From positions 1-32,590 of IMG/VR virus record IMGVR_UViG_3300020043_001384: 32,590 bases of DNA; one strand, given 5' to 3'. The notes beneath the pieces were generated by a model that was not told where the DNA came from, made no database searches, and saw only the letters and a program-made list of their open reading frames with translations. The position numbers were made by a program, and so were the translations under genes. Positions 26,415 through 32,590 of the stretch are shown piece by piece; the stretch's first letter is position 1; each line of letters begins with the position of its first letter. This stretch comes from a virus (Duplodnaviria > Caudoviricetes).

Positions 26415-27079
26415 ATCTCGAAATCAAATATAGATGTTTGTCGTTCGTCTTTCTTTCGTATTATACCTAAAGCTGTTTCAAAGATAGTTCTTCCAGCTTC
26501 ATAGTCTACTAGGTTGCGACACATTTTAACCCTATCTTGTTCGCCATTATATTTAGTAAAATCATAATCATGAAACTCTGAAAAAACTTTTACCTTATTC
26601 TTTGCCCTACTCAAATCAGGATTCTTTCTTTCACTAACAACAGTAGGTAAAATAAAGTTTGCCCAGTATAAATGTCTGTTTCTTTGTTGTGCAGGAATTA
26701 ATGGTTCATAATATGGAATTACATTTTCGATAACATATTTCCCCGTATAAAAGGTGTTAAGAAATATAATCTCTTGATACAATTTCATGTCAGGATAAGC
26801 CATTTTTCTAGTTGTTTTCATAGAGTGTTGTATCCTTGAATGTGTTGGACAAGGTGGTGAACTCCAAATAAAATCAAACTCTTTATAATGGTCAAGTAAG
26901 TATTGATGCGCATCTGCAACGATTACAATATCGTTCGGAAACCTTTCTTGGTATAATCTCGCAGCTTCAGGGTCTAATTCAACTGCGGTTACTTCAATTT
27001 CAATTCCTGCTTGTTCTGCTACTTCGTCCCATTTGTAGCGGTTACCTCCTAGACAGGCGTATAAGTTTAATACTTTCAT
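26411..27079 (-). CDS. C5-cytosine DNA methyltransferase (short, orphan)
   Basis: LNLYACLGG (motif I), SSPPC (IV), ENV (VI), R.RH (VIII), RNLV (X). Confidence 0.85.
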   Translation of the reverse strand: MKVLNLYACLGGNRYKWDEVAEQAGIEIEVTAVELDPEAARLYQERFPNDIVIVADAHQYLLDHYKEFDFIWSSPPCPTHSRIQHSMKTTRKMAYPDMKLYQEIIFLNTFYTGKYVIENVIPYYEPLIPAQQRNRHLYWANFILPTVVSERKNPDLSRAKNKVKVFSEFHDYDFTKYNGEQDRVKMCRNLVDYEAGRTIFETALGIIRKKDERQTSIFDFEI

Positions 27080-27282
27080 TCTTCCGTGTTTTTAATTAAT
27101 TCAACTTCTTCTAAATATGTGGGTACATAATCGTACTTTTCAGTCTTAAGAAATGGAGAACCATCTCTATCATCGAAGCCTTGCACCTCGTAAACACCAC
27201 CTACATACAATCCTAAGTGTTCATTATTTGATTTGTTCAATCCTTGATGTTTTACAAATCTTACTTTGTCTCCTGTCTTCAT
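27076..27282 (-). CDS. Hypothetical SH3/KOW-like small protein
   Basis: MKTGDKVRF...EVEL pattern; ATGA overlaps. Confidence 0.6.
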   Translation of the reverse strand: MKTGDKVRFVKHQGLNKSNNEHLGLYVGGVYEVQGFDDRDGSPFLKTEKYDYVPTYLEEVELIKNTEE

Positions 27283-27527
27283 TCTAACATCTTTTTATAT
27301 TCATTCAACTCTAAATTTTCTTCGTGCATCTTCCACAATTTACGCATTAATTCTTCATTTTCTGCTTTTAGTTCTTTTAAAGTCTCCTTGACTTGGTCTA
27401 GATCGCAGACTATCTGTTTTAATCCGTCTTTTTGTTGTTCGCTTTCACTCTTCTTTAACCGGAATAACATCTTATTTGCTGTTAAGTCAAGGTTGATTAG
27501 TGAGGTTGTGTATCTTGTTAAGTCCAT
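27279..27527 (-). CDS. Hypothetical coiled-coil protein
   Basis: 82 aa heptad-rich, follows helicase. Confidence 0.6.
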   Translation of the reverse strand: MDLTRYTTSLINLDLTANKMLFRLKKSESEQQKDGLKQIVCDLDQVKETLKELKAENEELMRKLWKMHEENLELNEYKKMLE

Positions 27528-27535
27528 AAAGTTAA

Positions 27536-28531
27536 TTAAAAAGGTAATCCATCGTCAAAATTATTATTAGGTTCTAGTGGTTTGTAAAACTCCTGCAATT
27601 CATTCGGTAGAATATTCCGTGTTTTCATCTCTCCTTTCGGTGCTGCATAAAGTTTATTATGTTGGTTTGGTGCAACTACATCAATGTCGTAATAGGTCAA
27701 AGTGTTTATATCGAAGTGTAGTTCACATTTTCCTATTTTACCAATCGAACGGGGCTTTATTTTGTTGAAGTGGATCTCTACCATATTGTGCATTACGTCA
27801 GGTCGATGAATAGTAATCATTGATTTTCCACTATTAAACCACTCCGAACCACCTTTTAAATCGTAAGGTGTAGGAACAGACCTTTGACCGTTTACTTTCT
27901 CTGTCAGTTTAGGGTGTATGATCGTGTGAAGATGTAGATTATTCTCCTCTGCTATATGGTTTCTATAAGGCAAACAATATTCCAAGTAAGTTGCATAACC
28001 TCCGTAAGTGTCGTAAGGATGGCTCAAGTCTTTCCAGCTATCAATCGAAGCTGTGTGAAGTCCTTCCGTCTTTTTGATGTGTGCTGCCATATCCCAAAAA
28101 TCCATTGGAGTCATCTTCGCTTTAACATCTACCTTAGTAAGCACCTTGAAATGTTTTGTAACCCATTCAATCTCCTTTTCAATATCTGCATCTGTGATCG
28201 TGTTAGGTTTTTTAGGGTCGAAAGATTTGCTCGTCTTCTTATGGATAAAGTCTGCAAGTATCTCAACATTGTTACCAACGTCAGGAAAGTAAATTAAGTG
28301 CTTCCATCCGTATAATACAGAAGTATTCATTAACAACTCCATCAACACTTGAGTCTTACCACTCATTGGAAATCCTGTCCAATCCGTACAACCTCCTAAC
28401 TGCATAGAATAATACTCATCTATCTTTTCAAATCCAAGATAAACCCCTCTTTCGTGGTAGTTATCCCTATACTCTTTTAGTTGTTTAAGAACGTCGCTAG
28501 GCTCCGTTACTTTAAATCCATTTAATCCCAC
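27536..28531 (-). CDS. DnaB/T7 gp4-like SF4 replicative helicase
   Basis: TGFPMSGKT Walker A, SIDSW, HP.K, YDLKGGS, KIKP..IG.IG. Confidence 0.8.
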   Translation of the reverse strand: MGLNGFKVTEPSDVLKQLKEYRDNYHERGVYLGFEKIDEYYSMQLGGCTDWTGFPMSGKTQVLMELLMNTSVLYGWKHLIYFPDVGNNVEILADFIHKKTSKSFDPKKPNTITDADIEKEIEWVTKHFKVLTKVDVKAKMTPMDFWDMAAHIKKTEGLHTASIDSWKDLSHPYDTYGGYATYLEYCLPYRNHIAEENNLHLHTIIHPKLTEKVNGQRSVPTPYDLKGGSEWFNSGKSMITIHRPDVMHNMVEIHFNKIKPRSIGKIGKCELHFDINTLTYYDIDVVAPNQHNKLYAAPKGEMKTRNILPNELQEFYKPLEPNNNFDDGLPF

Positions 28532-29253
28532 GGTGCTTTATATTTAGTCGGTTCATCTACTTGGTTTAAATATCTCTGAAAATTATCATTAGGTAAGAAG
28601 TGAGATGGTGCTATCATCTTGTTATCTAGTACCCATTGATTCTTACACATCATCTTGAATGCGTGTTCCCATTCGTGTGAGTGATATTTAAGTTTCTTAA
28701 GTTTCTTCAAATTATTCTTATCTGTATCTGATATAACCTTGAACTTACCTTCTATACCATTGTATTTAAGTTTCATTTGATTAAACCAAGTTAAGAAGCC
28801 ATCCACATCAATTTTCTCATCCTTTTTAGTATTAGAATCTTCTTCTTGTTCTTCTTCTTCTTCTTTTTCTTCTTGCGATAGAGTATCCATACTGTATATA
28901 TACTCTATCAATACTCTATTTTTCACTAGTTTAAGTTCTGATTCTATGCACTTTACAACTTTTGGGCTTGTAGAGTAGTTATATTTAGCCCAGTTCTTTA
29001 TTGCTATCTCATTTGTAGACTCAGAGAATCGAATTTTACCGAGTGAGGTGAAGTGTGATATTAGTTTATTCACCTTGTCTGAACTTATGTTTAAATCAAA
29101 AGCAATATGCTTCTTGCTTATCTCATAAATACCACATTGTTTAGTTCGTTCGTTTGTAAGTAGGTATAGATAAAACATCTTCTTATCACTATCCAATTCA
29201 CTAAAGAACGGATCAGACCAAATCTGTGTATGTACTTTTCTAAAAACTGCCAT
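28522..29253 (-). CDS. Replication initiator (wHTH, DnaD/replisome organiser-like)
   Basis: WSDPFF.EL, YLYLLTN, CGIYEI, NW.KYN N-terminus; acidic linker; F..YLNQ C-terminus; upstream of helicase. Confidence 0.8.
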   Translation of the reverse strand: MAVFRKVHTQIWSDPFFSELDSDKKMFYLYLLTNERTKQCGIYEISKKHIAFDLNISSDKVNKLISHFTSLGKIRFSESTNEIAIKNWAKYNYSTSPKVVKCIESELKLVKNRVLIEYIYSMDTLSQEEKEEEEEQEEDSNTKKDEKIDVDGFLTWFNQMKLKYNGIEGKFKVISDTDKNNLKKLKKLKYHSHEWEHAFKMMCKNQWVLDNKMIAPSHFLPNDNFQRYLNQVDEPTKYKAPWD

Positions 29254-29254
29254 A

Positions 29255-29461
29255 TCAATCCATTTGTGAGATTTGTTTCCTCAATTCCTTTGAAAACTTG
29301 ATAGCAGTAGATTTATCAAGAACAATAAACGCTTTTGGATAACCAAGACCTTCCTCAATGATAATTGATAATTCACCTCCAGCATTGTGAAAACACTCTA
29401 TCGTGTTTCCATCTGTTTCTGATTCTACACTTCCGCAGAACAATAATTTGACACTTGCCAT
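29255..29461 (-). CDS. Hypothetical protein
   Basis: 68 aa, LDKSTAIKFSKELR motif; between structured RNA and initiator. Confidence 0.65.
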   Translation of the reverse strand: MASVKLLFCGSVESETDGNTIECFHNAGGELSIIIEEGLGYPKAFIVLDKSTAIKFSKELRKQISQMD

Positions 29462-29502
29462 AACTTTATAAGCGTTTTAGGTCAACACATAACCTTTAAA
29501 TG

Positions 29503-29592
29503 AAAAACCCCATCTATCCACAAGGCTCCGACCTCTTGCTTCAAGACAGGGTTAATATAAATTCCTGTGGTTCTATTATGTCGGAGCGAACC
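29503..29592 (-). ncRNA. Structured RNA: two hairpins with complementary loops (kissing loop), terminator-like 3' end
   Basis: P1 GGUUC/GAACC with loop GCUCCGAC; P2 AACCCUGUCU/AGAUGGGGUU with inner CAAG/CUUG and loop GUCGGAGC; U-tract; TATATTTG box at 29599-29606. Confidence 0.7.
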
Positions 29593-29615
29593 TATACACA
29601 AATATAACGAGAATA

Positions 29616-29852
29616 TCAAGCCTTTCGTTGCATCTGTTCTGTTAATTTTCTGTTAAAAAACGAAGTAACGCTATCTAGTTTCGAATCGTTCCAGTCTTCG
29701 TCAAAGCTGATTAGTTGCATATCGTTGTACGGTGTTTTATGTTCCTGCTTCCACGCTTTTAGTTTCTCTGCTTTCTCTTGTTCGTCTTTATAACCTAGCT
29801 GAGAAGAGCAGTATCTTCCGTTGATAGTGAATACTATTTTAATCCATTTCAT
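29616..29852 (-). CDS. Hypothetical protein
   Basis: 78 aa, ATGA overlap. Confidence 0.6.
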   Translation of the reverse strand: MKWIKIVFTINGRYCSSQLGYKDEQEKAEKLKAWKQEHKTPYNDMQLISFDEDWNDSKLDSVTSFFNRKLTEQMQRKA

Positions 29853-30208
29853 TCGTTCGTGTTTTTGTCGTAAATGTTTCCTTTTATTTCAATTAACTCT
29901 TCAATGTAGTTCAAAGGATCATCACATTCGTTATCATTCCAAGCTGTAAACTCTCTCCACTCATACTTAACATCTGATTCAATATGGTTAACTTTAACAA
30001 TATCGCCCTCAAAAATTCTTGAACCTTCATTGTCAAACAACCCTGTGAACTGACCTATCGTATTACTATCAACATCGAACTGATTTCCTTTCCAATCAAC
30101 TATTAAGATTATTTGTGGTTTGTCTGGTACGAAGTATCTTAATAAACTACCTTCAACCCAATTACCATTATCAACTCTTTTTGCTCTAAATAAAATATCT
30201 CTTTTCAT
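29849..30208 (-). CDS. YopX-family protein
   Basis: ILFRAK, WVEG, GQFTGL.D..G..IFEGDIV, GNIYD. Confidence 0.9.
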   Translation of the reverse strand: MKRDILFRAKRVDNGNWVEGSLLRYFVPDKPQIILIVDWKGNQFDVDSNTIGQFTGLFDNEGSRIFEGDIVKVNHIESDVKYEWREFTAWNDNECDDPLNYIEELIEIKGNIYDKNTNE

Positions 30209-30435
30209 TGTAACGCTTTTATCAGGTTCTTAATTCTTTCTATTGTTACTTCTCCTTTGAGTTCGATAGATGCTGTGTAACCGGATTCATAAATTTCTAG
30301 TGCTACCATCTTTCCGTAGTCTGAAAATATTACATTCAAGGCACAGTTGTCTAGTTCATAAAGCCACTGCTCTGCATCGTGGTACTTGTCATCCAGTACA
30401 AATCCTAGTTCTGAAATTTCTTTTGTTGTTATCAT
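30205..30435 (-). CDS. Hypothetical protein
   Basis: 76 aa, ELGF motif, overlapping neighbours. Confidence 0.6.
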   Translation of the reverse strand: MITTKEISELGFVLDDKYHDAEQWLYELDNCALNVIFSDYGKMVALEIYESGYTASIELKGEVTIERIKNLIKALQ

Positions 30436-30800
30436 AGTTTTTCTGTAAGTTTAAAATCAATTAATCTCCTTAAATATACTTCTCCGTCTTTCACATCTTT
30501 TCCAACCGTCTTTGGATAGAGTCCGTCATTTATCCACCGCATCCAATTTTCAAACACTCTGCTATCTACATCGTTGTTTTCTCGCTTCAGAAAGTGAATA
30601 ATAGTGTCGTGCCTTTCCTTGTTTCCGTAAATAATCTTTGCAATCTCCTGAATTGTTAGACCGCTTTCTTTTAAGTAGTGACAAGCACACACCTTCATAT
30701 CAACATAGAACCTGCCTCTGTATTTCTTTTTAAAGTAGTTCTTCATCATATCACTGGTTGGTAAAAGCGTTCTGTTTATATATGCCTCAATCTCTGTCAT
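30432..30800 (-). CDS. HTH protein resembling DnaA C-terminal DNA-binding domain
   Basis: GLTIQEIAKII...RHDTIIH resembles DnaA domain IV signature (RDHTTV.H). Confidence 0.55.
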   Translation of the reverse strand: MTEIEAYINRTLLPTSDMMKNYFKKKYRGRFYVDMKVCACHYLKESGLTIQEIAKIIYGNKERHDTIIHFLKRENNDVDSRVFENWMRWINDGLYPKTVGKDVKDGEVYLRRLIDFKLTEKL

Positions 30801-31179
30801 ATTCTTGTTTTAATCGTTCAATGTAAAGTGTGGCATCCATCAACTCTTCCTGTAAGTGTGTAAGCCATTGTAAGGTGTTTAAATCGTTTCGTTCTAGCGT
30901 TGTGTTGTACTTCTCTATTCCTGCTTCTGATCGTTGTTTAAATCGGCTTAAAACGCTTTCGACTATTGAGTCCGTGTTTTCGTTGACTTGCTCTGTAAGT
31001 ATTTCAAGTTGGCAAGTAGGAATTATCCAAGTAAGCCCTATGTCATCAGTGATCTGAAAACTACCATCTCGCTCGTCTGATATTATAGTTCCCTCTAAAC
31101 AAAACATTGACGGGAAAAATGTAAGCCCGCGAACAACACCGCTCCACGGAACAACTTTTACTCTAGTTCCTTTTCTCAT
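30787..31179 (-). CDS. SH3-like N-terminus fused to MazG-like/all-alpha NTP-PPase-like domain
   Basis: RS..GI.KY.TTL, WL.HLQEELMDA.LY motif. Confidence 0.55.
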   Translation of the reverse strand: MRKGTRVKVVPWSGVVRGLTFFPSMFCLEGTIISDERDGSFQITDDIGLTWIIPTCQLEILTEQVNENTDSIVESVLSRFKQRSEAGIEKYNTTLERNDLNTLQWLTHLQEELMDATLYIERLKQEYDRD

Positions 31180-31400
31180 AACTGATTTAATTTAATCTCC
31201 CTGATTCGTTGCATCCGGTCAAGGTCGTAGTTAGTAAAAAATTGCTTTCTCTTTGCATCGTCAATCGCTAGATTAGGGCGATACTCGTTTTCTGTCTCCG
31301 TCTTTGTGACGTTTTGGTTTAGCTTTTCAACTGCTTTACTATACCAGTCTATGCATCCTTTTATCATAATAGTTCTATTTCTTTTTTTACTTGCCTCCAA
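31176..31400 (-). CDS. Hypothetical protein
   Basis: ORF in early cluster; true start may be the ATG at 31367. Confidence 0.55.
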   Translation of the reverse strand: MEASKKRNRTIMIKGCIDWYSKAVEKLNQNVTKTETENEYRPNLAIDDAKRKQFFTNYDLDRMQRIREIKLNQL

Positions 31401-31558
31401 TATTCAGTCTTGTAATTTGAAAATCTCTCTAGCATATCAATCATTTCACTGACCGCAATTAATGCACAATTCTTTGCCTTTGCGTGTCTATTTTCTGTAT
31501 CAATAACCTCGTCAAAGTACTTGCTAACAAGGTGTTCTGCTTTTTCTTTAGGTGTCAT
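31364..31558 (-). CDS. Hypothetical protein (MTPKEKA family)
   Basis: MTPKEKA..L, AK.CALIAV.E, YW..VK.EI; paralog at 31995-32234. Confidence 0.7.
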   Translation of the reverse strand: MTPKEKAEHLVSKYFDEVIDTENRHAKAKNCALIAVSEMIDMLERFSNYKTEYWRQVKKEIELL

Positions 31559-31740
31559 TTGAATAAGATTTTATGTAACAAATTAAGGTTTACTTCGTAC
31601 TTCTCAGATAGGTATCTTACCATCTCTTCGCTCATTTCGTTTCTAGGCACGAAGTCGTGATCTCTAGTTACGTCGAACATCGCTCTAACGTGGGAGCAGA
31701 TTCTTTCTACTTTGTCGCAGTATGTTTCCGTTCTCTTCAT
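31555..31740 (-). CDS. Hypothetical protein
   Basis: 61 aa, ATGA overlaps. Confidence 0.6.
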   Translation of the reverse strand: MKRTETYCDKVERICSHVRAMFDVTRDHDFVPRNEMSEEMVRYLSEKYEVNLNLLHKILFK

Positions 31741-31982
31741 TTCGTTTCGATTATTTGCATTAATACTTTGAGGTGTGAGTACATTATCCGGTCTCTACCT
31801 CTTACACTCATCTCAATAGATTTTTCAGTATGAGGTTTAAATCCGTGAGGTTCTGCAATCTCTGCATTATACTTTAATTTTGTATCAATGCGACGTTGCA
31901 TTCTCTCCGCAGCTTCTAAAAGTGCTAAGGCTCTTTCGTGTAGCCTTTTCATTTCTTTGATTTCGTTAATTCTTGTTTTCAT
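31737..31982 (-). CDS. Hypothetical early protein
   Basis: 81 aa, strong A-rich start region; 5' end duplicated at 113-168. Confidence 0.65.
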   Translation of the reverse strand: MKTRINEIKEMKRLHERALALLEAAERMQRRIDTKLKYNAEIAEPHGFKPHTEKSIEMSVRGRDRIMYSHLKVLMQIIETK

Positions 31983-31994
31983 AGTTTTTTGTTT

Positions 31995-32234
31995 TTAATT
32001 ATTTTCTCTGTAATAAATTGCTTCCTGTAACATATCATCTAACTCCTGATAAACCTCTCTGTAAAAATTCACATTATCTGCTCTTCCTTCTATAAGTGCC
32101 AACTCAATGTTAACACATATTAACTGGCAGAACTTAATACTTTCAATGTGCTTGTCAACCGAATCAGTGTAACGAAGTTGAATGTAATTACTAACTGAAT
32201 TAATTAGTTTCTCTGCTTTTTCTCTTGCTGTCAT
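31995..32234 (-). CDS. Hypothetical protein (MTAREKA, paralog of 31364-31558)
   Basis: Start revised to ATG 32234 (aaaactATG); 79 aa. Confidence 0.65.
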   Translation of the reverse strand: MTAREKAEKLINSVSNYIQLRYTDSVDKHIESIKFCQLICVNIELALIEGRADNVNFYREVYQELDDMLQEAIYYRENN

Positions 32235-32238
32235 AGTT

Positions 32239-32409
32239 TTATTTATTAGGGTAAAGACCACCATTCTCGTAAAACTCTTTAAGTCTTTCAAGGTTTGTAC
32301 CTCTTTCCTGAAGAGTCAATAGTAACTGCTCTAATTCTTCTCTCAACTGAGTAGTGTTAAATGATAAAAGAAGGTCTAGAGTTTCTTGTGTTGTGTTTCC
32401 TGTTTTCAT
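32239..32409 (-). CDS. 56-aa early protein (not in ORF track)
   Basis: MKTGNTTQETLDLLL...GGLYPNK; first ORF after the early promoter, stop 4 nt before next ATG. Confidence 0.65.
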   Translation of the reverse strand: MKTGNTTQETLDLLLSFNTTQLREELEQLLLTLQERGTNLERLKEFYENGGLYPNK

Positions 32410-32437
32410 AATTTCTTGTTTTTCTTATTTGTTTCTG

Positions 32438-32468
32438 TAAAGTAAAGTATAGTTTTTGACGTGGCAAA
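32438..32468 (-). promoter_or_regulatory. Early promoter, homolog of 193-223
   Basis: TTTG-N19-TTACTTTA; shares aaagtaaagta...ttttgacgtggcaaaatttttt with 194-230. Confidence 0.6.
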
Positions 32469-32496
32469 ATTTTTTGGAAACTTTTTTCACATTTTT

Positions 32497-32590
32497 GTTG
32501 AAATAGAAGCCACTTTTAGCTAGTTTAAGCGTGTCAATAGTATCATATGAATGATTCATTTGTACACCGTGGTATAAAGCACGGGTGCGC
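32497..32590 (+). repeat. Exact direct copy of 1017-1110 (inside exonuclease gene); probable chimeric contig end
   Basis: 94-nt identity gttgaaatagaagc...acgggtgcgc. Confidence 0.95.

Noticed and set aside
1105-31057. Short plus-strand and nested ORFs in the ORF track (e.g. 1105-1371, 4164-4532, 6238-6531, 18952-19362, 27956-28297, 30830-31057)
   Set aside because: Antisense or off-frame shadows of well-supported minus-strand genes, mostly with non-ATG starts and no motifs.
32235-32291. N-terminal extension of the 98-aa ORF (TTG start 32291)
   Set aside because: Overlaps the better 56-aa ORF; ATG 32234 has a typical start context and aligns with the paralog's start.
1017-32590. Physical direct terminal repeats
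   Set aside because: The repeated 94 nt is internal at 1017, cuts a gene, and the terminase is PBSX/SPP1-like, which usually means headful packaging.
1-32590. Temperate module, tRNA genes, or alternative genetic code
   Set aside because: No integrase, repressor or tRNA fold recognised; standard code gives dense, tightly coupled ORFs, with TAG and TGA used as normal stops.

Overview
Near-complete genome (about 31.8-32.5 kb) of a small tailed dsDNA phage, siphovirus-like. The host is probably Bacteroidota (Flavobacteriia-like): start regions are A-rich without Shine-Dalgarno, and TAnnTTTG promoter boxes recur. Almost all genes are on the minus strand. In transcription order they are: small early ORFs, replication initiator and DnaB-like helicase, cytosine MTase, NinG/HNH, ERF-YqaJ-SSB recombination genes, two glycosyltransferases flanking an FkbM methyltransferase, an ECF-like sigma factor, TerS/TerL, tail-tip genes, protease-scaffold, capsid, tail tube, portal, tape measure, lysis cassette and a DnaQ/RNase-H-like exonuclease. 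I saw no integrase, repressor, polymerase, tRNA or CRISPR array. The most notable signals are non-coding: (1) a promoter-terminator-bounded ~55-nt RNA antisense to the start-codon regions of several early genes; (2) a two-hairpin kissing-loop RNA upstream of the replication genes; (3) an exactly spaced late promoter AACAAA-N13-TACAATTA at three structural operons, a likely target of the phage sigma; (4) at least 23 co-oriented copies of YCGTGTTT; (5) a multi-family repeat array at 296-550. Both contig ends copy internal sequence and are probably chimeric or strain-variant. All protein calls come from motif recognition by eye, not database searches.
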